Assembly (NCBI GenBank): GCA_001949185.1
Contig: BDGG01000005.1
Span: forward strand, 744,001-808,000
Length of the DNA stretch: 64,000 bases
Reading direction: 5' to 3'
Source: Ramazzottius varieornatus
Taxonomy: Eukaryota; Animalia; Tardigrada
Shown: piece after piece, positions 53,778-64,000 of the stretch
How the letters are laid out: every line of letters begins with the position of its first letter
Position numbering within the stretch: the first letter of the stretch is position 1
Made by a program: the position numbers and the translations under genes
The notes under the pieces: generated by a model
Told to the model about the DNA's origin: nothing
Databases searched by the model: none
Seen by the model: the letters and a program-made list of their open reading frames with translations, nothing else

Positions 53778-54415
53778 CTTGAATAAGTTAACCTACTATA
53801 AATGAGCTCGAGTATAGCACACCGTATGTCAGTGATTGCCTGATTAGACGTCTCTTAACGTCCAGCTCACAAGCAGAACTTACTGGAGCTTTCCCTTCCC
53901 GGAACGGTAATGAAGACGCTTTCTCTGGATTTGGACGAGTTTTCAAAAACGGTAACCAAGCTGAAAGAGGAAACGAACACAAGTGGAAAACTCTAATGGC
54001 TGAAAAGATGGCGCAACATTTTAGAGAAACCCAAAATGGAGAACGCGATTCGCGATTCAGTGCTATATACTATGATTATTATTCAGTGCGGCGTTGCTGA
54101 AACATCGGTAACTTCGACCGGCTATACGTATGGGCACCGTTACAGCACTGCCCAACGCCTACTCTGTAAAAGAGGTTTCGTCTGAAGTAGGAGCTAATTT
54201 AAAGCAGACCGCACCATTACGTCATCAACTGACGTCACTCATGATAAAGAAGGCTGCGTGGTTGATTGATCTTGTTGATTCGGACAAAATAGTTTTGTTT
54301 TGGTTTTATCCAGCGACTCTAGTCTTTTTTTTCCACTTTTTGCTAACGTGGAATGATGGAACTTTCACTCGCTCGTCAGTCGTCAGTGTGCGTCCTTGTG
54401 GTTTTAGGTTGAGGG

Positions 54416-56526
54416 ATGGATCCAACGTTCGCAGCAGGAAGGAACGCCCCTCTGGCGAACTTCACAAACATCCAAGTCATGGACGCTCCCGTCATCCCAC
54501 CAGCTGGCGCACTGGGAGATGCTCTGAACACTGGAGTGATTCGCAACACATCTTCCACCGTGATGCAGAACAGCCCTCTGGAACAATATGGAGCCGTCAC
54601 TGCTGGAGACTACAGTCGGCCAGGTGATCCGGTGAAGCAATTCTCCATCGGTGTGGTCGACGAAACAGCAGGAGATTTGACTCCTTCAAACTCGAACTTC
54701 TCCTCGCAGCGCTCACGGTCCAACACTCCATCGACCGTCAGCGTCGGTATCCCATCGGTGTACTTTCCAAGCGCTGCCTCTTACGGATCCTTTGAGTTGC
54801 TTGTACCGCAAGAATTAGCAAAGAATGTGGGAATGGAGAGCCTCTTCAGTGATGAAGACAGTAATGTTCCATTCTCCATAAGGTTTGTGAGTTGAACGAA
54901 TCAAACAGAGCAGGTCGGTCACCCGTGTACGACCAAATTAACTGTTAAAAATGGCGTAATACTGCAGCTGGAGCTTATTTACGACCCAGCCAATGAGAAT
55001 TATATTTTGCTGGCTGAGTAAATTTCACTGGCTTCGTCCATCTGGCTCCGTCCATCTGGCTCCGTCCATCTGGCTCCGTCCAACACCCAATTTTAACGGT
55101 TTATTCTGTCGTACACTGTGCGCACTGGTGACCGACTCATCCTCCTTACCCCATGCTGATGTTGGGTAATTGAATTCTGGTTCTCGCTTCTGGTTCTCGC
55201 TTCTGGTTCTCGCTTCTGGTTCTCGTAACTGCAGTAACTCTGCTGCTGTTTTGCAGGTCGGCTTGGATACCTAACGAAAGAACAAGCGCAGCACTGAGAG
55301 CTCTCGCAGATTCCGTTCCGGCTTCGGACTTTCTGGGTGCTGACCAGATTACGAACGTCGGCGTTTTCTCGGACCGACTTTTCGCAAACCCCGCTTTCGA
55401 TCTAGCCTTGAAGCTGGTCGGAACCATTCCACAGTCCCTTCTCGCCATTAGTCCCGACGTCATGATCGGCAACAACGATGTCCGGAGTTTGGTGGCGCAG
55501 GGTTTCTACAGCTCAGCTGCCAACGTTAGTGCGAAGCTCCTCGGTTTAATCGACCAAGGGTTTCATCGTTCCGGCAACTCCTCCCGGCATACACCAGAGT
55601 CCCTAAAGATTTGGCAGTTGAGAATCGCGTCACTGTTCATGCTGCAACAATATGAGCAAGCTTCGAAAGAGCTCGAGCCGTTCGGCGATCTAGATAACCC
55701 AGATCTGTACCTGGAGTTCCACCGTGCTTCGTTCGGCGATGCGTCCAGTGGTTCCATGGTTCCTTCTCAACTAAGGCTTCTCCACGCTTGTCTTCCAGCG
55801 AAGCTCGGAAACCCAAAAAATTCTCTAGAGAGACTCTTCAGCTCGAGGAACAAAATTGAAGCGTTGCTGAATAACGCGTTAGACGGAAGGCTACCAGCTG
55901 GTGTCGCGCAGGGTAACAGTCACCAGTTTCATTCGTACTGGCAAGAACAACGAGCAAAAACGCTGTACCAGATCGTAGCGGTAGGAATTACTTCAGAGAA
56001 CTTCGAAGTGGCCATATCGACTATAAAACTTCTCCAAAAACTCTTACCGTCGAAAGCAGAACTTCTGTGGCATCAGTGCGGTCTTCTTTACTGTCACATC
56101 GGTTCGTACCGTCTTGGCAGGATTTGTTTCGGGAAAGCCGATAGCTTTTCCTCTGGGACCCTACAAAATTACAGTGTATTGGCGCGCAAAGCGATCCTGA
56201 TGCTGTGCGAGCACTCGCCCGTTCATGCTCTGGAAATCTACAAGGAAATGCACCAAAGGTTCCCCCATGATGCGCCTGCTGCAAACGGTGTAGCTGTTGG
56301 ATACTTCTACTCGGGAAGGATGTCCGAATCGATGGCATTCCTCGAAGATTTAGTTTTCAATAAACCTAAAGTCTTTTTGACCGAACAAAGCATCGCAAAC
56401 TTAGTTGGACTATATGAACTGCAAAGCATTCAAGTTCGACAGCGAAAGCTTCGTTTATTGTCGCTCATTTGCCAACACATTCCTGACGGCGCATTCGTTC
56501 GCCAGCTACGTCTGACAGAAACTTAA
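54416..56526 (+). CDS. TRAPPC12: TRAPP complex subunit 12 (TTC15), two coding exons
   Basis: AWIPNERT, HTPESLKIW..R, ELEPFGDLDNPDLY, GSMVP..LRLLHA.LP, TPR repeats and NL..LYEL. Confidence 0.9.
54914..55136. mobile_element. Intronic inverted-repeat element enclosing a 14 bp minisatellite
   Basis: Left arm GTCGGTCACC..GTGTACGAC..AACTGTTAAAA and right arm TTTTAACGGTT..GTCGTACAC..GGTGACCGAC. CTGGCTCCGTCCAT is repeated four times at 55028-55083. Confidence 0.65.
55175..55225. repeat. 13 bp tandem repeat x4 (TTCTGGTTCTCGC)
   Basis: Directly visible, just upstream of the TRAPPC12 splice acceptor. Confidence 0.9.
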
Positions 56527-56695
56527 AGAATATTTCAGATGATAAATTTTTGTTTCATGAAGTGTTATATACATTTCTCCATCCCGTTTCCGCTCTGGCA
56601 CGAAGGATAGATTTTTTCACACAAGTAAAACTAACTTAACTAAGAACGCACACTGTGAGTCCGTGACGACTTCGCTTGCGATCAAACATCGTCAA

Positions 56696-57196
56696 TCAAG
56701 CCAGTCTCTCCCTTGGATAGCTATGGAGCTCAGGATTCTGCATGTAACGATCCTTCAGTTGTCCCGATAAAAACAGACGACGTCTCTCGTTCTGGATTAC
56801 CACATATCGTTCCTTCTACAGTCAGAAAGGATGTTTGATTGGGTACTCGGGGCATTTTGACGGAGACAGCATGGATCTTACCTGTTTCTTTTTGGTTGAA
56901 CACTCAGAGAAGTCGTCATATTCGTCTTTGCAGTCGCGACGGAACCGCGGGACTCCGTAAGCTTCAATGCATTTCATCAACTGCATCTGTAACAAAGCAA
57001 GAAACCACCTGAAATGGTCTGCATAGTTACGACAGGAAAGCGAATAAGTTGCTTGGACAGTTGGACGACAATATTATACGGACGAAGATACCTCGACCGC
57101 CCTGCACAGAGGATCTATGTGCTGGGCCTGCATGTTGAAGATTGGACCACTGAAGTCCGACAGTGGAGTCTTGATGAGGGGCTCTCCAGCAGCCAT
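56696..57196 (-). CDS. NDUFS5: NADH dehydrogenase 15 kDa subunit NDUFS5 (3 exons)
   Basis: Spliced sequence PLSDFSG..CRAVE|MQLMKCIEAYG...RDCKDEYDDFSEC..KKQ|..NERRR shows the twin CX9C pattern. Confidence 0.88.
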
Positions 57197-57613
57197 TTTG
57201 ACGAGAGGCGAGCGACAGCAAGATTTTTGCAGATGAGAGGAAGAAAATGAGGAGCGGAAGATCAAGTGGATGAAGTTTTGTGGAAACCATTTGGCCAGTA
57301 GTAGGGTGCATGACGTAAAGCGTTGTGACGTCGTAAAGCTTTAGAGCTGTACTGACTACTGAGGAGGTTCTCCACTTGATTCTGCTCAGTCTTGATTGAC
57401 GCATTTGTGAAAACGTGAACAGAGATACAAGAAGCATCAGAGACAGTTCTTCGGAACTTCTTCCTAGACGTCCAAACAAGCCCAGACTTTTAGCAAAAGA
57501 AGCTCGGGTTCCAAAAGTTTGACCGTGGAGTGGTAGTCGGGAGTCCTCTGCGCTGGCGCCTTGGAGCTGGAGGATTTACTCCAAGCAAACCACCTCTGGA
57601 GCTGCCGGACGGA

Positions 57614-59792
57614 ATGGACGAGGATATACCAGTGATCTATGGGATAGATTTCCAGGTACATCAGTGATATTAGTGCAACCACGACGCATCGCGTGGCAAG
57701 CCCGTATTTCGTGTCCACTGCACTTGTAATTCGTGGTCGACGAAACGACAGTAAGATGGTCTAGTCCGGATGCTCGAAGGGTTCCGGAAACTGGACGATC
57801 CAGGTTGTAAAGCGGGGGTCTAAACTCCTTTGTGGTTGCAGGCTCGATGTCTAGTGGCGCAAGCAGCTGAGACGGATGCTATCCGTTTCCTCATCGGAAC
57901 ACAGTCGTTGAAGCACGAGAACCAGGTACCGACTGCAAGATATACTTCGATTGTGCTGATGCGTTGTAGCAGTTGTATCATGTCGATTCTCACGAGAAGG
58001 ATAGGTTTGCCATTCTGGGCTGACGGACAAGCAAGGCGTCAATCGCGCAACATTATCGGTTCTCCACAGCAGCTACTGTTGTAAAAGTCTTCCACACAGC
58101 CCGGTTTATTTTACCTCTTGCCTTCTACTTAGGTACAACTGATAGACTTCGACGAAGACACCAACGTGATCTTCCGGACTGTATATCTGCACTCGTCTGG
58201 GGAAATATGGAATTTATCGTCCTGTCCATTCGATGCGCAACTCTTAGCGACATGTTATAACGAAGGTTCGTTAATTCTATCATTATAAACACTTCCAGAT
58301 ATTCTGCCTGAAATACTCTATGTACACGAACAGTACGTATCGTCATATCCTTTTGATCGTTAGCTTGTGCCGTTAACAGTGTCAGAAGACAAATCCAAGC
58401 TGAGCTCAAGGGCCTCGCTATGGAGACTTCCAGAGAGCTCTTCGACCGAAAGACCGCCTTCGGACGAACCGCAGAACCCAGTGACCATTCCGAAACTGGA
58501 AAAGTTGCTGGACTTCAGAGAAGCGGACAACACGGACGTTGTTGGGTAGGTTAACGGCTCGTATAGACTTTGCTTTGGCTTCCTCGTTTATATCGTACAC
58601 GGGTGATATAGCGCTTTGCTTTTCCAGGGTGATATTTGAGCCGGTATCCTCAAGGAACCAAATCCTCACTTTGAAGCTCAATGGACTGACGCTGTGGGAC
58701 ATCGATAGTGCTCTTCCCTCTTTGAACGTAAGTAGAGAATGTTGTGTTGTGGCTTCGGTAATCCTCTGGTCAGCATCCGTGTTCTTGACTCGGTATCCCA
58801 CATATAGTACATAGATATGTATTGGGTTCGGAAGGTGAAAGAAATTTACAGCATGAATGGTTTTTGTCAGTGCTTTTGTTTATCTAGGTAAAGGCTAACA
58901 TTCCAGTAGAGGGAAAAGGCCATATTCGGGTTGTTGGAGCAAAATGGAGTCCTCATCACTCCAATAGTGTCATCGGTGTATGTACGGAGACATCAGTTCG
59001 AGGGATCGACTTGAGAGACAACAAGTAAGCTTGGTTTACAGCGGCAATGTCCTGGATAATACAGTATAATGTTTTTCTCATTGTTTTGGCTGTAGGATAA
59101 GTTTTACCATCGATAATCCCCACGGGTACATGACTCGTCAGCTAGACTTCAACCAGAATAAGCCGTACGACGTCGCTACCTGCGGTGACGACTGTACGGT
59201 AAAGTTGTGGGACACTCGGAACACGTCGAGCTCGCTGCGGGTTCTCGCTGACCACTCGCACTGGGTGTGGTGCGTCAAGTACAATCCATTCCACGATCAG
59301 CTCATACTTTCTTCCAGCAGCGATTCAAGAGTCATTCTGGCTAGCATCGCCTCGCTATCGTCGGAACCGATAGTTCACAGTCTTGAGGATGAACCTGGAA
59401 GTCAAGACCCCAAAGAAATGTAACGAAACCGGGGATGCTGAAATCTAGCATGCCGGCAATTGATTCCACTCAGACCGTTTTCCCAAGTGGCGCATGCTTT
59501 TAGCCAATAATAATAACAAAGTACGCCACTTGATGGGAGGGGGACATCATTTGCCGACGTTCCATTTCTACACATATTTGGTCACTGATGCATGCGAAAC
59601 TGATACGGGTTCTTTTTTTCCATGAATAGCCTGCCAGATGGAGTAATCAACACCTACGAAGAGCACGAAGACAGCGTATACGCGCTGGATTGGTCGGCGG
59701 CGGATCCCTGGACCTTCGCCAGCCTCAGCTATGATGGACGACTCGTCATTAACCGCGTTCCCCGGTCAGTCAAGTACAAGATCCTCCTGTAA
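57614..59792 (+). CDS. EIPR1: EARP/GARP-interacting WD40 protein EIPR1 (TSSC1)
   Basis: [14 protein letters not shown]|[74 protein letters not shown] and KYKILL*. Confidence 0.95.
59447..59562. mobile_element. MITE family A copy (EIPR1 intron)
   Basis: CCGTTTTCCCAAGTGGCGCA...TACGCCACTTG...TCATTTGCCGACGTTCC. Confidence 0.75.
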
Positions 59793-60586
59793 GCCCTAAT
59801 TTTTTAATACAGCCTTGGGTGTAATACAACTATTTTAGTACAGCTTTTTCCACTGGAGAGTACCATAGAAAACCATTACGTTATGTTTTTTCGACTGACG
59901 CGCGAAATAGTACCTTTTGAGTGCTTTTTGTCGTCACCGGTTTTGGCGTCGGTTTTTCTTTTGGAATCGATGCGACTACGCGAGATGAACGTAATCGATC
60001 GAGCGTACATACATTCCTGTAATCGTTGTCCTGAGGGAGGCCGTTATCCAGGAGTTCGGACCCAGTCAGATTTCACGCATACACTTCCGGTGGGGCCTTT
60101 TGTAGTACCCTACCGGCTTATCACAATATGTCCTCATTGACAATTCCGCTGGAAAAAAAACATATGAGCATCATCAATATGTAAAAGTAACAGCGCCAAC
60201 ATTTCCCATGGCTTGTGTGGGTTGAAATTGCGGTCCGCAATGGGGAACGTCATCATGGAAAAGCAGCGAATCTAATAGTAATTGTCAGGAATCTGGGATG
60301 ATGCTTTCAGCGACCTAGACGTGCGTGGTACCGTGGTAGGCTGATGATCCTGTAGAATGGGGCGTCTCGATCCTTTGGCCACGATAGGTATTAGCTAGGA
60401 AAAGTATCTCGATCGAGCCAGCCTTCTCGAGTGCAGCATAATACGCCAGTTTTTCTCTATGGTATCGTGTACGGTAGCTCGAGCTGCCATGCTATTGTTC
60501 ATGGGCTACTCCTTTGGAATCCTTAATCCTTTTCCCGATACGTAGACGCCATAAGTTTTCTGGATCACAGTCTGCTCATATGAAGG

Positions 60587-63500
60587 ATGGCGAAGCCTTT
60601 TTTAGCTTTTTGGACTTTGCGTCCAAGTTCTTGGTTTCTCGTGGTGACCTTACAGTCCTTACTTGCACGAAGATGTAGTTGCGAGAACAGCACACATCAG
60701 ATACCGGTCCCCGGGTCAATTCCGACAGATGACATCATGCCAGATTATCCCATTACCGGAAAGGAATATGAGCTCAATGTTACGATCTTGGTCACGTTAA
60801 CCACCGGTAATTAAACTGAAGGCAATCATCCTAACGGAATAACTACTTTCTCGAAAGTGGAAATCGTGCTAAAAATTGATGGCTTTTTAATTTCGTTGTT
60901 CCATCAGGCAAAGTACAGTAAAGTTTGTTTTTCCCACAGGCGGGGTTCTTCCGACCGACCTTGGAAAATCCGGTGCCGCTATCGAGATGGCCATTCGGGA
61001 AGCTCGTCAGACCATCCTGCCCAACGTTTTCATCCATTACGACATCATCAGTCGGAAAGGGATGACGGGCTGTTCTGACGAAGAGAACCACGCCACATAC
61101 CTGGTTACCAATTACGCCTATGAGAAAGCCGGCAAGCGGGGAATTCCTCCGGTCGGTCTCCTGGTCGGACCAGCTTGTACAGGTACGAGTGTAATTTCAG
61201 TTTCGCGGGTAATTACAGATTTCGTGCTTCTGTCAGATGGAAAACCAGAATTAGCATCCATGTCATACAACTATCTCGTGCTTCCGATCGAGTCTAATCG
61301 CTGATTTTTCTTTGTAGTGGCGACACAACACACAGGACGTGTGGCTGCCGGTAAAAACTGAAACCGCCACAAAAAAGCAGAAAAAAATACTGGATGACAA
61401 GTTCTAGGTTTTTCCTCTTGTGTTTTTCACCTAGATATGGACCTCCCGTTGATAAATTCACAAGCAACATCGGACTATTTTGACGATCGTACAGTCTTCA
61501 AAACGCTAACACGATTAGCATACACCATGTATACCTTGAATGCCTTCTCGTTCAAAGTCATGGACGCTTTGAACTACACGGATGTCTCCATAATCTATGA
61601 TGAAGTCATGCCATGGTCCCAGGTGAGCTTTTACATGCGTCTCCGTGGCTTACGAATAACGAACCTATGGTATAACTGGGTCATTTTTCATGGATTTATT
61701 TTCTGATAGAGTTCCATGAGGTTTAATTTTACAGGTAACGGGACAAGTATTCTACCGCGCAATGTATTATCGAACCGGACTAATCAAGATGAATCCTCAC
61801 CAGTTTTCATACAAGCCGGCTGACAAGGTGGACTACAGGTTCTTGCTGGGAGAAGCAATCAAGTCTGCCAGAGGTACAAACCATCTTGGACAACACACTG
61901 TTTCCCTAACTTAACCTTGAAACTGAGGCTCAAATGCGCAAACTTCATCATGAGGTGTTTTCACAGTGGTGATAGTGCTGGCAGTAGCGAAAGTGGTACG
62001 TCAGTGGATGGTACGTTTCCACATTGTCTCAATATTATTTTCCTGTAAACTGTATCAAGACGGTGAACCATCTGGTGCTGTTTTCCAGCTAGCGGCCTTC
62101 GACATGGGACTGTGCAATGGAGATTACGTGAGTCTGTCGAGTCTTAATGGCCCGAACGTAGGTCGACTTGGTACCAGAGCCATTACTTTCACGACTATCT
62201 TCTCTTCAGTTATTCGTAACATACGAATGGTTTCGGTCTCCATACTATGGAGAATATACGTGGCAGTATTATGACGAGCGTGATCAGGTGTGTCCAGGCC
62301 AGGGTGCTTCGTCAATATCCAATAAGATTCATCAAACATTACTGTCTAACGAGTTATATTCATGATAGGACGCTCGGACAGCCTACCGAACTCTTTTGAA
62401 AATTGCCTCCATGGAATACTGGGAAAGTGAAGTCTTCCGAAAGTGGTCAAACGAAGTAAAGATGCTGGCCAAGAACCGATTCGGATATGTCTATGGGCCA
62501 AATGAAACAGTAAGGCCTCTTGATTCTGTGGAGTTCGGTACGAATTTGGGCGTTGGTCGAAAACTTGAACTGTTGATTGATTAATCCGTCTTTACAGGTG
62601 GCGCCATCAGTTACGGGCATGCATGATGGTGTCCTTTTGTATGCTACGGCCCTCAACGAAACTCTGGCCGCTGGAGAAGACCCCTTCAACGGTACGATCA
62701 TCACGAAGCGAATGTGGGGGAAAACGATCAAGAGTCCGGAAGGCTTGATGAAGGTTACAGCCACTGGCGTCAAGGACCAAAGTTTCGTCTTGCAACAACT
62801 GGACCCGGCTTCCGGCTTCTGGAAGGTAAGCGGTCCTACTGTCGTATGATTGCACTACCGTGGATCACTTAGATAATCGTTTGGTGTTTATAGCGTGTGA
62901 TGGCCTACGATGGTATCACGGGGATTTTCAATGCCAGTGTGGACACCATCACGTGGATCGATGGGAAAAGTCTTCCGCCGAACATTCCGAAATGTGGCTT
63001 CCAGAATGAGAACCTGAGCTGCCTTGTCCAAAATAGTACGTGATCACTCCTCTGAAATCTGCCTCCATTACATTTTGTATTCTACCTCCCGCCCCAGAAT
63101 GGTTTTGCTGTAGGCGATGTGGCGACAACAGTGGCCGCAATTGTTGCGGTCTTCGTAGTGATGATCATCTGCTGTATCACTGGGTTCCGCTTTTACCAGT
63201 ACGAAGACTAGTTTTGCGCGAGTGTTACCTTAGACGATAATGAATTGGATGTTTCAGGAAGCGAAAGTTCGAGCAGTCACTGCTTGACAACTGGTGGCAG
63301 ATCAACAGGGACGACGTCAAGAAACGGCATGAGGCGAAGGCTTCTACAGCCACATTACAAGCTGGTTCCAGACCTTCCGTCAAGGCAAAGTCCGCTCTGT
63401 TTTCTGCGTCGTCTCAGGGCTCGAATGAAGAAGCAGTTTTCTACACTGTCGGGCGCTACCAGGGAAAAATGGTCCACATACGGGAGATACACTGCCCGAT

Positions 63501-63800
63501 AGAGATTACTCGAGACTTCCTTGTTCATATGAAACGGGTACGGGCATTTTATATTAATACTGTACTTCGGTACGATAATGATCCATTACTCGCAACCACA
63601 AACAAAGCTTGTGTCTCCAACAGCTACACGGTCTGGTACACGAAAATCTCAACCAACTGGTCGGACTATGTACGGAGACCAACCACGAAACCATCTACAC
63701 GATGTATTGCGCAAAGCAAAGCTTGGGAGATCTCCTCCAGAACGACTCGATATCTTTGGACTGGTCGTTCAAATTTTCTCTCGTGTTAGACTTGATCAAT
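60587..63800 (+). CDS. Receptor-type guanylyl cyclase (natriuretic peptide receptor-like), 5' part, continuing beyond the window
   Basis: Signal peptide, ANF-receptor domain (LLVGPAC, TLTRL, HDGVLLYATALNETL), PKCGF, a TM helix and the start of a kinase-homology domain (HENLNQLVG, YCAKQSLGDLL, LDWSFKFS). The cyclase domain is not in the window. Confidence 0.88.
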
Positions 63801-63864
63801 GTAAGGGATGACTACGGCAGAACGCGACCACCCTGAAAATTCTTGAAATTCAGAAGATTATTTC

Positions 63865-63987
63865 GAAGCTCGGCACACAGGCTCGACCAAATCGTTTTAC
63901 CAAGTAGCATACGTTTTCAGCGTTGTCGGCTGGTAATGTGCGCCATTTGGGAGGACCAATCTTGCCGAGCGTTTTTTGCCGAGCTCC
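63865..63987. mobile_element. MITE family A copy (guanylyl cyclase intron)
   Basis: AGCTCGGCAC...CCAAGTAGCATAC...GTGCGCCATTTGGG...TGCCGAGCT. Confidence 0.75.
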
Positions 63988-64000
63988 CCGTTTTCTGTCT

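Noticed and set aside
55028-55225. Short repeats resembling a CRISPR array
   Set aside because: They are head-to-tail with no spacers, there are no cas genes, and the context is a eukaryotic intron.
57464-57718. 84 aa minus-strand ORF as a separate small gene
   Set aside because: It is the antisense shadow of EIPR1 exon 1 (57614-57655).

Overview
Compact, intron-rich animal genomic DNA, not prokaryotic. Most introns are GT-AG and 55-100 bp, and intergenic gaps are short. The overall style suggests a small invertebrate genome such as a eutardigrade, but that is inference only. About 17 protein-coding loci were identified: two small membrane-protein ORFs, a Mad2-like HORMA gene, UAP56/DDX39B, SOSS-B/NABP, an FPGT-glycerate kinase fusion, FCP1/CTDP1, two tail-to-tail ppGalNAc-transferases, CCDC93, a CRF/DH44-type class B GPCR, ZMYND10, a glycine-rich RRM/zinc-knuckle protein, TRAPPC12, NDUFS5, EIPR1/TSSC1 and a receptor guanylyl cyclase cut off by the window end. 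A degenerate DNA ligase IV is also present. The most notable locus is 11.7-17.9 kb on the minus strand. There, fucose-1-phosphate guanylyltransferase is fused in frame to a MOFRL glycerate kinase. Its first coding exon lies upstream of the intronless FCP1 CDS, so FCP1 is nested on the same strand in intron 1 and apparently shares that first exon. Other observations: LIG4 has lost its catalytic lysine and gains a stop at a splice junction; a defective PIF/Harbinger element keeps its TIRs and TTA target duplication; a ~120 bp palindromic MITE family has about 13 copies, mostly intronic; and two small ORFs form a candidate bicistronic pair. Gene models were assembled by eye and family assignments come from recalled motifs, not database searches.
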